A stretch of DNA of 64,000 nt, from positions 64,001 through 128,000 of the IMG/VR virus record IMGVR_UViG_3300037400_003528, one strand, 5' to 3'. Source of the DNA: a virus. Each line of letters starts with the position of its first letter. Position 1 is the stretch's first letter. The translations under genes and the position numbers were made by a program. This document shows, in pieces, positions 37,164-47,761 of the stretch. Under the pieces are notes generated by a model. That model saw nothing but the letters and a program-made list of their open reading frames with translations, ran no database searches and was not told the origin of the DNA.

Positions 37164-38315
37164 TCAAACTGTAATCCTATTTTTAAATAATTCTATAAAA
37201 ACATCAGGCCCATTGTCGATAGGGGACATTTTAAAATCTAATAAATGTTCCTTATCCCATAAAAAACTTATTTGTACTTTTGTACAATATTTTTTATTAA
37301 TATCAATTAATTTCTTAGTCCATTTTTTCCAAGTGTCGTCCCCTATTTCTTCATATTGTCTATCAAAGCCAATTATAATTTCTTGTACTCCAAGAGATAA
37401 AAGCATATCAATTTGATAGTTGATTAAATTACTTCCACATGCGGCAACTGTAATGTCATTCTCGATACCGAAATAACTTTCATATAGAAGCGGACTTTTT
37501 TCACCTTCAAAAATAATAACCTTTTTTATATTACGTATATTATCTTTACTAACGTTAATATTATATAAATTAAAACCTAATGGATGATTATACATTTTCC
37601 CATGAATTATTGCAGGAATATATTTCCCTCTTGCTTCATTTTCTTTAAGGAGCGTCCGCTCTCTAATACCAATTAATTCTCCATTAATATTATAATGAGG
37701 AATAAGTATACCTTGAGTTATAGGATTGTAACGTATATTATGATATTGAATTACTTCTTGTGATATACCTTCTTTAATCCATGGAAGTATAATAGGCTGT
37801 GGAAAATTTTCCAAAAAATCGCATTGAAAAGTATTGAGAGAGACAATTTGATTGCTTGATTTTTTATGTTTTTTTGCTTCTAATTTTGAAAAAATTTGCC
37901 AATCTGGTAATTCTGAATGTTTCTCTGAAAAAATTTCATTTGGCGGCTCAATATTAAAAAAGACTGCAACATAATGAACAGCATCAGGTAAATCCCATGG
38001 ACGAGATACTTTTTTACCTTCTTTAGACCAATATACAACTTGTTCTTGTGCTGTTGCTTTTATTTTTAATGTTAATTCAAAAATATCAAATGTATCATTA
38101 CATTGTGTAAAACATTTAAATAATTTTGTATTATCATAATAATATAATTTAAAAGAACCATGACCAGGCGGATTATGACAAATTGTACGTGATATAATTA
38201 CATCGTGATGAATTTGTGGTTCTCCGCCCATATCAGTAAGGAATTCATATACCTGGTCAATCGTCAAATTGTTCTTTATATCTTCGAGATATTTCTTTCT
38301 TTCTATTTCGTTCAT
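37164..38315 (-). CDS. DNA primase (Zn-ribbon + TOPRIM), 383 aa
   Basis: Zn ribbon 'CHNPPGHGSFKLYYYDNTKLFKCFTQC' and TOPRIM-like 'IIFEGEKS'. Confidence 0.75.
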   Translation of the reverse strand: MNEIERKKYLEDIKNNLTIDQVYEFLTDMGGEPQIHHDVIISRTICHNPPGHGSFKLYYYDNTKLFKCFTQCNDTFDIFELTLKIKATAQEQVVYWSKEGKKVSRPWDLPDAVHYVAVFFNIEPPNEIFSEKHSELPDWQIFSKLEAKKHKKSSNQIVSLNTFQCDFLENFPQPIILPWIKEGISQEVIQYHNIRYNPITQGILIPHYNINGELIGIRERTLLKENEARGKYIPAIIHGKMYNHPLGFNLYNINVSKDNIRNIKKVIIFEGEKSPLLYESYFGIENDITVAACGSNLINYQIDMLLSLGVQEIIIGFDRQYEEIGDDTWKKWTKKLIDINKKYCTKVQISFLWDKEHLLDFKMSPIDNGPDVFIELFKNRITV

Positions 38316-38451
38316 TTTCTTTTGCTTGGACTTGTTTTAGTTTTTTACAACCGTTACAATTATTTTTATTTTTACACCACCAACAATTATCATTTTCCCA
38401 CCAATACCAATGAGGTGGAGATGGTCTAGGCTTACGAAATTTCTTTTTCAT
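38257..38451 (-). CDS. possible small basic Trp/Cys-rich protein (64 aa); overlaps the primase start
   Basis: The supplied ORF reads 'HWYWWENDNCWWCKNKNNCNGCKK'. It is uncertain because of a 59-nt overlap with the primase gene. Confidence 0.25.
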   Translation of the reverse strand: MKKKFRKPRPSPPHWYWWENDNCWWCKNKNNCNGCKKLKQVQAKENERNRKKEISRRYKEQFDD

Positions 38452-38647
38452 CTTCTAATAAAGGTAAAATTTTTATTAAATTTTTAATTAAAATCTTTAA
38501 TTGACATTTATTTAATATAATTTTTATTCGACCTTGATTTAAAAATATTTCAATTGAACTATCAATTGGATCTATACCCATTAAAACACCAAGATTAGAT
38601 TCTTTTTCCCCAATAAAAAGTTCAAGAACATCACTACTATTTAACAT
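38432..38647 (-). CDS. hypothetical protein (71 aa)
   Basis: Supplied ORF. Confidence 0.35.
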   Translation of the reverse strand: MLNSSDVLELFIGEKESNLGVLMGIDPIDSSIEIFLNQGRIKIILNKCQLKILIKNLIKILPLLEDEKEIS

Positions 38648-38667
38648 TATTAAAATACTCCTTATTT

Positions 38668-38895
38668 TTATTTTATATAAATATCTTCATCTTCATCTGG
38701 GATTTTTATAATTTGTATCCACTCAGATAATGGACAAAATGGAAGTTTTCCTATCTCTGGATTAAATTTATACCCTCCAGACATTTTTGTAGCATAACAG
38801 GTAAGATAATCTCCACTGTCATCTAAAAGAGGACATTCACTACAAGTTTTAGAAAAAGGAATATCAATATGTGTTACAACTTTTTTTATCTTCAT
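38668..38895 (-). CDS. hypothetical Cys-containing protein (75 aa)
   Basis: Supplied ORF containing 'CSECP...CYA...CP'. Confidence 0.4.
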   Translation of the reverse strand: MKIKKVVTHIDIPFSKTCSECPLLDDSGDYLTCYATKMSGGYKFNPEIGKLPFCPLSEWIQIIKIPDEDEDIYIK

Positions 38896-40433
38896 TAAAA
38901 TGCGCCTTTCTCTGGAATAACATTAACTTTAAAATCTTCCATTTCAATTAATTCATAAACATATGATGTAGCAAATATAGGATTAATTCTACATGTACCT
39001 AAATCAGCCTTACACCATAAAAGAATATGATTATATCTACCTCGTCTATTTTTATATATAGACATTTTAAGATTAGGAATTTCCATTCCCTTTTCAGAAC
39101 AAAGTTTATTTATAACTTCTTTATCTGCTTCCGTTAAATTTAGAAGAATACTACCTGCATCAATTTTATCGGCAATAGATTTTGCACCACGAAGAAGATT
39201 TTGATCAAAAATTGTAACGCTAGTATAATCACCATTTAATTGTGTACTTGACATAATGAAAATATTATTTTCAACAGCAAGGTCTTTAAGTCTAACGCTA
39301 ATCATAAAAAGAACATTATCTTCTCTTAAACCTTTTACGGATGCGCGAGAAGCTACTTCAGAAAGAATCTTCATGCTACTATGAATATAATCTAAAAAGA
39401 AATAACTAATATTATAGCTTCTAATAGAAGTTTTAACTACATTCTCAATATCCTTTAAAGAAAAATCATGGAGTTCTTTTAAATATAAAGGACTTTTTTC
39501 AATTAAATCAATAGCGTGAAGAACTCTTTCTTCCTCGTCTCCAACATATTTATATGTTAGAATATGCTCTTCATTTACACCAGATAAGAAAGCCCACATC
39601 ATAGTTTGAACTTCATCAAATTCTTGTTCTGTCATAACATACATAGCTGGTTGAGCGGGACCTGTGCTTACCCATTGTTTCTTTTCTAAATCATAAATTT
39701 CATTACAACCTATATAACAAGCATCTGCGGCCATTGCTCTAGATTTACCTACATTAGTTGCTGCTGAACGTAGATAAAATTTACCAAGGCGAGCACCACG
39801 AAACACGGTATTGATAAGTCTCCCATATAGAGGATAACCAATATCAGGATTATTTTTTAATTGTTCAAATAACTGGCGGCCACCCTTACCAGCTTGAATT
39901 ATACCGTCTGCCGCTCCGCCAGAATAAGATATTTTAATATTATCAATTTTCTCGTCAATTAAATCAATAATTTCTTGTTCAGTATGATTATCTAACCAAT
40001 CTTCCTGTGCTTGTTTTTTCTTTTGGTCAAAAATATTATTTAAATCATATAACCAAGATAAGTCCATACCTATCTCTTCATTATATAATCTAAGTAGTGT
40101 CATCTTTTTTAAACGATGATAATAATAATTAAATGCGGCAACCTGTGAATTTTCACTTATCTTTTCAAGATATTCTGACCCACGATTAGCTTTATATACA
40201 GCTAATTTTTTTGGTCTTGATTCAAGATAATCTTCGATATTAGCAGAAGATATTTTTCTAACACCCAATTGATGTAAATTATATATACTACCAAAAATAA
40301 CTTTATGAAATTCTTCTATAAAATCGTCAAGAGTAAAAGTATACTGTTCATCTTCTAATATCTAAGGATTTTGATATACACTGCCTATGATTTGAATTAT
40401 TGCTGATGTATCTGTATATCTAACTTTACCCAT
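38895..40433 (-). CDS. DnaB-like replicative helicase (512 aa, 1 TAG near the N terminus)
   Basis: The upstream extension 'MGKVRYTDTSAIIQIIGSVYQNP.ILEDEQ' gives a DnaB-type N-terminal domain. A RecA-fold Walker A 'SAATNVGKS' is present. Confidence 0.75.
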
Positions 40434-40439
40434 TTATTT

Positions 40440-40940
40440 TTATTCATCTCCTAAATCTAAAAGGCGGGGTGCAGGTCTTTTAGGTTTAGGGGGTACAATA
40501 TTAAACTCAATAACCTGCTGCCGCATTTGCTTGTTACTATTTTGATACTGTGTTGTATATAACTGTTGATAATATTTCCTTACATCTTCATATATGTAAG
40601 GGATAATACCAATTCCGCCATGGCCTTCCTCTAAATTACCATGATTAATATTATAAAACCAATGTAAGCATCCTGTCATACCGCTCCAAGTATAACCATA
40701 TTGTTTTATGAAATTTAATGCTTGTTTATTAATCATTACATAATTATAATCTGGCCCATATATACTTTTTACACATTTAAAAAAATTCTCTTTATCAATC
40801 TCCTCTTGTTTAACACTATCATCTTGAGATTCTGCACATTCTTTATGAGCATATCTTCGTGCTCCTACTTTAACAAAAGGTTCTTTATCTCGGTTAAAAG
40901 ATTTTCCGCAATAAAGACATTTTACCATATGTACAGCCAT
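40440..40940 (-). CDS. Zn-ribbon protein, putative helicase loader/replication accessory (166 aa)
   Basis: 'CLYCGKSF...HKEC' at the N terminus; placed between the DnaB-like and Sak4-like genes. Confidence 0.4.
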   Translation of the reverse strand: MAVHMVKCLYCGKSFNRDKEPFVKVGARRYAHKECAESQDDSVKQEEIDKENFFKCVKSIYGPDYNYVMINKQALNFIKQYGYTWSGMTGCLHWFYNINHGNLEEGHGGIGIIPYIYEDVRKYYQQLYTTQYQNSNKQMRQQVIEFNIVPPKPKRPAPRLLDLGDE

Positions 40941-40981
40941 TTTATTTCCTCATTTTATTTTTATTATATCATTTTTTTTAT

Positions 40982-41016
40982 AAAAAAACAAGATAGTGAT
41001 TTATATCACTACCTTG
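40982..41016 (-). terminator. rho-independent terminator (12-bp stem with one mismatch + T-run on the minus strand)
   Basis: Sequence 'caagatagtgat ttat atcactaccttg', preceded by A7 on the plus strand. Confidence 0.6.
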
Positions 41017-41023
41017 TTACTAA

Positions 41024-42010
41024 TTATTGTCTATCTTTAAATAATTCTTTTAAATCAAAAACAATTAAAGATAACTGTTCTGTTTGGTCTCTTGTAATAT
41101 TAGCAATCTTTTTACCTTTACCTAAATATTTATCAGTAATTTCAGTGATATAAGGTGCATAATGAATTTCTTCTTCTTTTGACAGAGATGATAAAAGGTT
41201 TCGACATTGTGCGTAAAGATCATCAAAACTAACTTCTGTAGAATAAGTATTGACGTTTCTTTCTTCAGTAATAAATTCTTTTCCAGTATATCTTGCTTCT
41301 TCGTCTATTGCATTATTTAAAGCATTAACAAGAGAATCATAAGAAAAATCAACTTCTGGTTGCATGTATTTAAAACGGGATCCACAATCAATTGTTCCAT
41401 CAAGAGAACGTAAAGTTAAAACTCTTTTAGGTTCACCCTCTTTTAAAATGAGATGAGCATAACCATAAATATCTACCATATCTTTAATAATTAAATTATA
41501 GCTATTTCCAAGAGTTGGAACGATTTGATTAAACTCTGTACCATCTTGTCTTTTAAAAGTTTTGTCTTTATCATGGGAAATAAATAATACGGCATAACCC
41601 ATTTGAGTAACTTCTCTAAAAGTATCTTCTAACTATCGTTTTACTCTTGACCATCCTTGACCATATGGAATTTGATTAAGTGTATCAACTCCCGCTTGTG
41701 AAATAATATATTTCTAACATGCGGCAGCTGCTATATCAATTGTATCTATAATAATAGAATGAAACATATCTTTTACTTCTGGTTTTTTTAAATCTCGTAA
41801 AATTATTTTCATATCTGCCCAGGTTGTAACATCTTGTGCATATATATTTGGTAAAGCATTGTAACCCTTCTAAAAAGCTAAGATAAGCGCACCAGGCATT
41901 TGACTTCCAAATGTGGTTTTTCCAATTTTACCAGGACCATATATATAAGTAATATAACCACTTAAATCTCTACTGACTTTATGTGGTTGAAGTTTTGTTA
42001 AATCAATCAT
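41024..42010 (-). CDS. AAA_24 / Sak4-like RecA-fold ATPase (328 aa, 3 TAG)
   Basis: Walker A 'YGPGKIGKTT' and Walker B 'IIIDTID' are present. The reading extends ORF 41024..41602 upstream through TAG. Confidence 0.7.
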
Positions 42011-42060
42011 ATTTTTCTCCTTTACTATTTTCTTATTTCATACTCACAGTAAACACAAAT

Positions 42061-42098
42061 AACATAGAAAGAATATATTCTTTCTATGTTATTGTTTT
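42061..42098. terminator. perfect 30-nt palindrome hairpin terminator
   Basis: Sequence 'aacatagaaagaatatattctttctatgtt' followed by 'attgtttt'. Confidence 0.6.
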
Positions 42099-42106
42099 AA
42101 ATTATA

Positions 42107-43081
42107 TTAAAAATTAAATCCGCCTTCAGGAACTGCTGTTGATGGAGTAGGAAGAGGACCGTTTTGAATATTAGAAGAAGCAGTTGTTTTTCTTTCTGCA
42201 TAATATTTCTTAGTTGCAGCTTTCTGCTCTTCAAGATAAATATTTCTATCAGAAATTGCTTTTTGAAGTTCTTCCTGGGTAATAGTATCAGGTGTATCAA
42301 ATACATAAGGATTAGGCTGTGCCCAAGTGATAATCCATTCTCTTTCATGACGAGGAGTAGAATCAACAATAGCTTCACCAAATGCATTTTCCATAACTTT
42401 AGGAATTACAATTGTAGTATTAGTAATTTCACCTATAACTTTTGTATAAATAGGATTCTTTTCTGAAGCATTAAGACCAAGAAAATAATTTACAGAGCCA
42501 GGTGCTTTAGAATCTTTTGCAATCAAAGAGAAAGGCATAATTGCATTTTTAAAATCAAAAATCGCTGCATTAATTCTTACAAAATCTTCTGGTATATTAT
42601 GTTCAGGATCAGCAGGGATAAGAGTTACTTTATTGATAATAACATCAAAAGTAAACTTTTTTCTGGCTTTTTCATCAGGATTAAATTCTGAAATAAAAGA
42701 AACAAAACCGCCTTCATTTTTTTGAGTAGTTACAAGTAGGTCTCCACCGCCAGGAAAAGAATCCTTTAAGCCAGCAGATGTATTCAAACGAACTTTAAGA
42801 GCTCCATCTTTACCATCCTTAAGCCATGTCTTTCCGCCATCAAGAATCTGCTTCAGATTTACAAAAGTACTACTAACTGCTCCAGCTTTAGTATATTCTG
42901 TTACAAAAGTATAGTGTACAGGGATAACATTCAAACCTTCCTCATCAGTTGCAACATTAAGATTGCCTGAAATAAAGTCAACACCAAAATTTTTTGATGC
43001 TTTATTAGTAACCTTTTTCATCTGAAGTGAATGGTCATATACTCTACCTTCAATAATTTCTTCATTAATATTTTTTCTCAT
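42107..43081 (-). CDS. hypothetical protein, possibly ssDNA-binding partner of Sak4 (324 aa)
   Basis: Supplied ORF with no TAG and an aromatic C-terminal tip '...PEGGFNF'. The SSB assignment is speculative. Confidence 0.4.
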   Translation of the reverse strand: MRKNINEEIIEGRVYDHSLQMKKVTNKASKNFGVDFISGNLNVATDEEGLNVIPVHYTFVTEYTKAGAVSSTFVNLKQILDGGKTWLKDGKDGALKVRLNTSAGLKDSFPGGGDLLVTTQKNEGGFVSFISEFNPDEKARKKFTFDVIINKVTLIPADPEHNIPEDFVRINAAIFDFKNAIMPFSLIAKDSKAPGSVNYFLGLNASEKNPIYTKVIGEITNTTIVIPKVMENAFGEAIVDSTPRHEREWIITWAQPNPYVFDTPDTITQEELQKAISDRNIYLEEQKAATKKYYAERKTTASSNIQNGPLPTPSTAVPEGGFNF

Positions 43082-43125
43082 TAATTTTTCTCCTATTTTT
43101 TATTTTTTCTTTATCTTATATTAAT

Positions 43126-43154
43126 ATTATATAATAAATTTTTATAAAAATCAA
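43126..43154 (-). promoter_or_regulatory. promoter TTGATT-17-TATAAT (minus strand)
   Basis: Minus-strand reading is 'ttgatttttataaaaatttattatataat', upstream of gene 42107..43081. Confidence 0.5.
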
Positions 43155-43160
43155 ATTTTG

Positions 43161-43994
43161 TTAATTAAACAAAATTAATTCTTCAGCATATGGTAATGTT
43201 TTTACCCAATCACAAAAATTTTTTCTCCATTCTGTAAGTTTATGATTTTTACGTTGATTATACATATTTCGTAAAGTTTCATAATTAGCTGTCCAAGTTC
43301 TAGTTTGTAACCAACCATTAGGAAGCCAACGAATTAATTCTTTCCAATACCTTTTATCTTTAGTCTATAAATAACGTTTACGAAGAGTTTCACAAATATT
43401 AATGATATTATCTGCACAATCATTCATTAAATAATCTGGTGTATATGGTTCACCATCAAAAACAATTATATTTGGATTAAAATCTTCTATTTCAAAACAG
43501 TCTTTAGTAATTGGAGTGGTTGCTAATTTATGCATTGTTGACGTTGAATTAGCAACTGTTGCTACTTTGTAGGTATCTGCCTACTTCCACCAATATAATG
43601 GTGCTGTTACATCAACAGAAACAAAGATTTGACGAAGAAATTTCCTATCACTTGAACCAGCCTTAATCATACGTTGCGCAAGATCTAAATCTTTTGGACC
43701 TAATAAGGCTAAATCAAAGATTGTCATTCCATTATCATCTTCTGATAAAACGCTATTTTTTATAAGCCAGTCTATATAACTATCTTCTAATCTACAATAT
43801 TCAAGACTTCCTTCTTCAATTACTTTTTGATTATTTTTTTCTGCTTTAATATTATAATCAGTTATCCATTCATGTGCAGTTAAAAGAGTTACTTCATAAC
43901 TATATTCTTCAGGATACATTCCAAAACTACTATCACTTTTTTTCCAACTTTCAAGAGGATTACGTAAACCGCGGAACGCACCTTCAAAATTCAT
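43161..43994 (-). CDS. hypothetical protein (277 aa, 2 TAG), possibly nucleotide-metabolism related
   Basis: ORF 43581..43994 extends across TAG to TAA 43161. The N terminus 'GAFRGLRNPLESW' was not matched to any known family by eye. Confidence 0.45.
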
Positions 43995-44017
43995 TACTTT
44001 AGTATTCTAAAATTTCA

Positions 44018-44962
44018 TTATTTATTACCTTTCGTCACATTTAAACCAACTTTATTTGATTGATACATCTAAATCCAAAATCGTTCTTTTTCATTTAATT
44101 TATCACGAGTACATTTCTAAAGAATTTCAAAAGTGAAATTCCATACACCATATTTCTGCATGTTATTATAAAGTTTATTTGTTACAGAAGCGTCTATACC
44201 AAGTCCGCATTTTATATGTTGTTTCCATCTATCTGCGATATTAACACTTTGCCCAATATAAATATCACCAGTTTGTTTATTAGTAATTTTATAAATTCCG
44301 CAGATTGTAGTAGATCCTAATACACGATTACACAAATCAGAAGTAGGTTTCATTATGAAAGCAGACCAAATAATTTTAGAAACAATAGAAGGATCATTTA
44401 GTTCATTTTTCCATTCTTGAAGATGTGTAATATCGTTAATTTGTTTTTCAGATATTTTTATACGATAAAATGCAATTTTATCTTCTTCCTCTTGCTATCT
44501 AAGACGTGCGGCGGTTGCAGCCTAATATACTGATTTAAGCTAGTTTAAATTTGATTGAACTTGATCTCGTTGTTGTTGAATATTAATTATCTATTGTTTT
44601 AATTGCTACTAATAATCTTTAGCTTCTTGGGCTTGTGAAATAGAAGCATTATGATAAATCTATTTTATTTTTTTTAATTGTTCTTGATAAGTCTGTTCTA
44701 TCTATTCTAATTTTTTGCCTCTATTTTCTCTTACCTATTCTAAAATAATATATTCTTTTTGTCTTTTATTTGTTAACTATAAAATTGTATTTTGTCTCTA
44801 AGTAATACGTTCATTTAAATCATTTAATTTTTTGTGTCTTCTCTATATCTCATTTATTATCTAATTATTATATTGCTATTTTTTTTTGCCGCTTATTAAA
44901 TACCAACAAAAACAACTAGACTAAATGATAATAATAATAATAAAAATAATAATCATACTCAT
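44018..44962 (-). CDS. GIY-YIG nuclease with an N-terminal hydrophobic segment and a Gln-rich coiled coil (314 aa, ~26 TAG)
   Basis: GIY-YIG core 'GIYKITNKQTGDIYIGQSVNIADRWKQH...YGVWNFTFEIL...ERFWI' lies at the C terminus. The 5' 600 nt have no TAA/TGA and ~24 TAG. The N terminus 'MSMIIIFIIIIII.SSCFCWYLISGKKK' is hydrophobic. Confidence 0.55.
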
Positions 44963-44976
44963 TTTTTAAAAAAGAA

Positions 44977-45002
44977 TGGGTTAAGTAATAAAATACTTAA
45001 CC
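44977..45002. terminator. bidirectional terminator (gggttaagta/tacttaaccc)
   Basis: 10-bp perfect stem with a 6-nt loop, A-run upstream and T-run downstream. Confidence 0.7.
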
Positions 45003-45014
45003 CCTTTTTAAGAA

Positions 45015-45323
45015 TTATTCCATTTCTGGAACAAGTGCGCGGCCCGATTCTGTTAACTTAACAAATTTTACAGATTCATGTTTGATAGAGCCATCTTTTT
45101 GCTCAATTTCTAGTTCGCCTTCAACTCTCTTTGCCCAAGGATCTTTTACCTTTTCTCCATCAACATCTTTCATATGACGAACGAATGCACCAGTAATAAT
45201 ACCATTTACCTGTCTGGGATCTAATCCAAGTGCTGCGGCAATATCCTTTGCAGTAATATCCTCATCTTCATGCTGTTTTAGATACTGAAATACATTATAA
45301 GTGTTTTCCTTAAATTTAACCAT
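45015..45323 (-). CDS. HTH DNA-binding protein, putative transcription regulator (102 aa, no TAG)
   Basis: 'DITAKDIAAALGLDPRQVNGIITGA' is helix-turn-helix-like. The gene has its own consensus promoter and terminator. Confidence 0.5.
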   Translation of the reverse strand: MVKFKENTYNVFQYLKQHEDEDITAKDIAAALGLDPRQVNGIITGAFVRHMKDVDGEKVKDPWAKRVEGELEIEQKDGSIKHESVKFVKLTESGRALVPEME

Positions 45324-45370
45324 TTGTTTTTTCTCCTTTGAAATATATATTTTTTATTTTCATTATAAAA

Positions 45371-45399
45371 ATTATACTAAAAATTTTTATATTTGTCAA
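45371..45399 (-). promoter_or_regulatory. sigma70-like promoter TTGACA-17-TATAAT (minus strand)
   Basis: Minus-strand reading is 'ttgacaaatataaaaatttttagtataat'. Confidence 0.7.
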
Positions 45400-45575
45400 A
45401 CATTTTTAAAATATTGATCCACTATATCATTAATCTACAGTACTTCTGGAAATGATAGTTTAGATAATATTGTTTGAATTTCCTTCATTGTAGTATAATC
45501 TTTAGGATCATTTTTTAATTTTTTCTAAAGGTCTATAATTTGACCTGCCAATATTTGTAATTCTTTTTTATCCAT
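45396..45575 (-). CDS. small hypothetical protein (59 aa, 2 TAG, ends TGA)
   Basis: A short frame read through TAG. Confidence 0.3.
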
Positions 45576-45587
45576 TATTATTCCTTT

Positions 45588-47564
45588 TTAAAAATTATTA
45601 ACTATAGATAATAATTCTTCTTCATTAATAATTTTTACACCTTTTTCTTTTGCTTCTTTATTTTTTGTTGAAGAAGAATTAATATCATTATTTACTAAAT
45701 AATTTGTTTTTTTAGAAATAGAACCCGTTACTTTTCCGCCATTTGATTCAATAAACGTTTTAAGTTCATTTCTATTTTTAAAAGATTGTGTTTTACCTGT
45801 TAAAACAAAAATTTTATTTTGTAACGGTTTTATTTCTTTCTCTTCTGTATCAGGTACTGATGAAATAATTTCAACTATATAATTATCAAAAATACTATCG
45901 GCTTCTGTATAATTAAAAGTAGTAAGAGTTTTTATCATAACTTCACCAATACCCTTGATATTATAGAGTCTATCATCTTCATCAGGGAAATCAACAGCAT
46001 GTCTAAATCCATTATAGGTATGATATACTTTAATTAAATCTTCTGAAGCTACTTTACCTATCTGCGGAATACCAATTGCCGCAATAAATTTAGATGCTGT
46101 ACAATTTTTACTTTCTTCTATTGCTGTTAAAATTTTGTCAACAGAAGCCATACCGAAACCATCTTTTTCAATCCATTCATTACGATGCTCTTGTAATTTA
46201 AAAATATCTTCTAATGAATTAATCCATCCCCAATCAATAAGTTTTTCAAGAGTTTTTTTAGATAACCCTTTTATATCAAGTCCCTTTTTACCGCAGAAAT
46301 GGTCAAGACGATTAATTAATTTACCTGAGCACGCAGGGTTTGTACAATAAAGAACTTCACTATCATAATCTTTTCTTATTTCAGTAGGACTTCCACAATA
46401 AGGACACACTTCAGGAATAGGAATTAATGGAACATTATCAGGTTTATTTATTTGAACATAAGCTACTTGTGGTATAATTTGATTTGCTTTATAAATATAA
46501 ACCCTTTGTCCTGAGAAAGCTCCTTTCATAATGTTTTTCATAACAGAAATATTATGAAGACTTGCTCTATTACAAATAGTTCCATCAATATCAATATCAT
46601 TATAAATTAGTACGGGAGTTAATTGTCCTGTTCTTCCCATAGTCCATTCAATATCTTTTACTTCTGTTTCATATTCATCATCGTAAAATTTATAAGCAAT
46701 CCCGCCTTTAAAGTGATGATCGGTACGACCTGCTGCTTCATATTCAGCAATATTATCATATTTAAAAACAATTCCATCAATAGGATAAGATTCTTCTTCA
46801 CACATGCTCTTTATATCATTAATGACATTTTCATAATCATAATTATGTTTATTAAAATATTCATCATTTAAAAAAGGAACTGTAAGAAACTTCCAAAACA
46901 TTAAAGTAGTAAGAGTATTTGTTAAAAATACAGCTTTTGGTTCTACAATATCCCAAGCCACAAAAGTAAGATTACGTTTCTCACACTCTTTTGAATCTAA
47001 AAGTCTTATGCTACCACTTGCAAAATTTCTTGGGTTTTTATAAGAACCTTTAAAAGCTTCAAAATTTTTATAAGTACAAATAATTTCGCCATCAACAATA
47101 ACTTCTTTTGTTTTTATTGGTATATGTTTAGGAATGGATGGAATTACCATAGCATTATGGGTTATATCTTCTCCTATGATACCATTTCCTCTTGTCTCTG
47201 CGGATACTAATTCTCCATTAACGTATCGTAAAGAACAAGTAAGACCATCCATTTTAGCCATAGCAATCCATTCTTTATTATTAAGGAATGTTTTAATTTC
47301 TTCTATATCTTTTGTTTTTTGAAGAGAAAGCATAGGATGATTATGAGTAACTTTTCTTAATTTATTAACTACACTATAATGAATTGATTGTGTGGGAGAG
47401 TCAGGATAAATAAGATTAGTTTCTTTTTCAAGTTTTTCTAATTTACCGTACATTATATCCCATTCCATATCAGTAAGATATGGTTCTCCTTTATCATAGG
47501 CTTCTGTTGCTTGATTTAATTTATTTATAAAAGTTCTTATATCTTTTGAATTATTTATCATCAT
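45588..47564 (-). CDS. ligA: NAD-dependent DNA ligase LigA (658 aa)
   Basis: Adenylation domain, Zn finger 'CPYCGSPTEIRKDYDSEVLYCTNPAC' and a C-terminal BRCT-like region. No TAG. Confidence 0.85.
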   Translation of the reverse strand: MMINNSKDIRTFINKLNQATEAYDKGEPYLTDMEWDIMYGKLEKLEKETNLIYPDSPTQSIHYSVVNKLRKVTHNHPMLSLQKTKDIEEIKTFLNNKEWIAMAKMDGLTCSLRYVNGELVSAETRGNGIIGEDITHNAMVIPSIPKHIPIKTKEVIVDGEIICTYKNFEAFKGSYKNPRNFASGSIRLLDSKECEKRNLTFVAWDIVEPKAVFLTNTLTTLMFWKFLTVPFLNDEYFNKHNYDYENVINDIKSMCEEESYPIDGIVFKYDNIAEYEAAGRTDHHFKGGIAYKFYDDEYETEVKDIEWTMGRTGQLTPVLIYNDIDIDGTICNRASLHNISVMKNIMKGAFSGQRVYIYKANQIIPQVAYVQINKPDNVPLIPIPEVCPYCGSPTEIRKDYDSEVLYCTNPACSGKLINRLDHFCGKKGLDIKGLSKKTLEKLIDWGWINSLEDIFKLQEHRNEWIEKDGFGMASVDKILTAIEESKNCTASKFIAAIGIPQIGKVASEDLIKVYHTYNGFRHAVDFPDEDDRLYNIKGIGEVMIKTLTTFNYTEADSIFDNYIVEIISSVPDTEEKEIKPLQNKIFVLTGKTQSFKNRNELKTFIESNGGKVTGSISKKTNYLVNNDINSSSTKNKEAKEKGVKIINEEELLSIVNNF

Positions 47565-47761
47565 GCTTCATAATCCTCATAATTTCTATTAACAGATTCT
47601 CCGCAAAAAGGACAAATAGCTGTAATGTACAACTCATTTCTCCAATTATTACGAGTGTAAGAAGAGTTGTCTGCTTCAAAAATACAATCACATTTAGAAC
47701 AAATAAAACGTTTTGTTTCGTTCATTTTTTTTAAAGAACCATCTTTAATAATTTTAATCAT
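47561..47761 (-). CDS. small Zn-ribbon protein (66 aa)
   Basis: 'CSKCDC...CPFCG'. Confidence 0.45.
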   Translation of the reverse strand: MIKIIKDGSLKKMNETKRFICSKCDCIFEADNSSYTRNNWRNELYITAICPFCGESVNRNYEDYEA

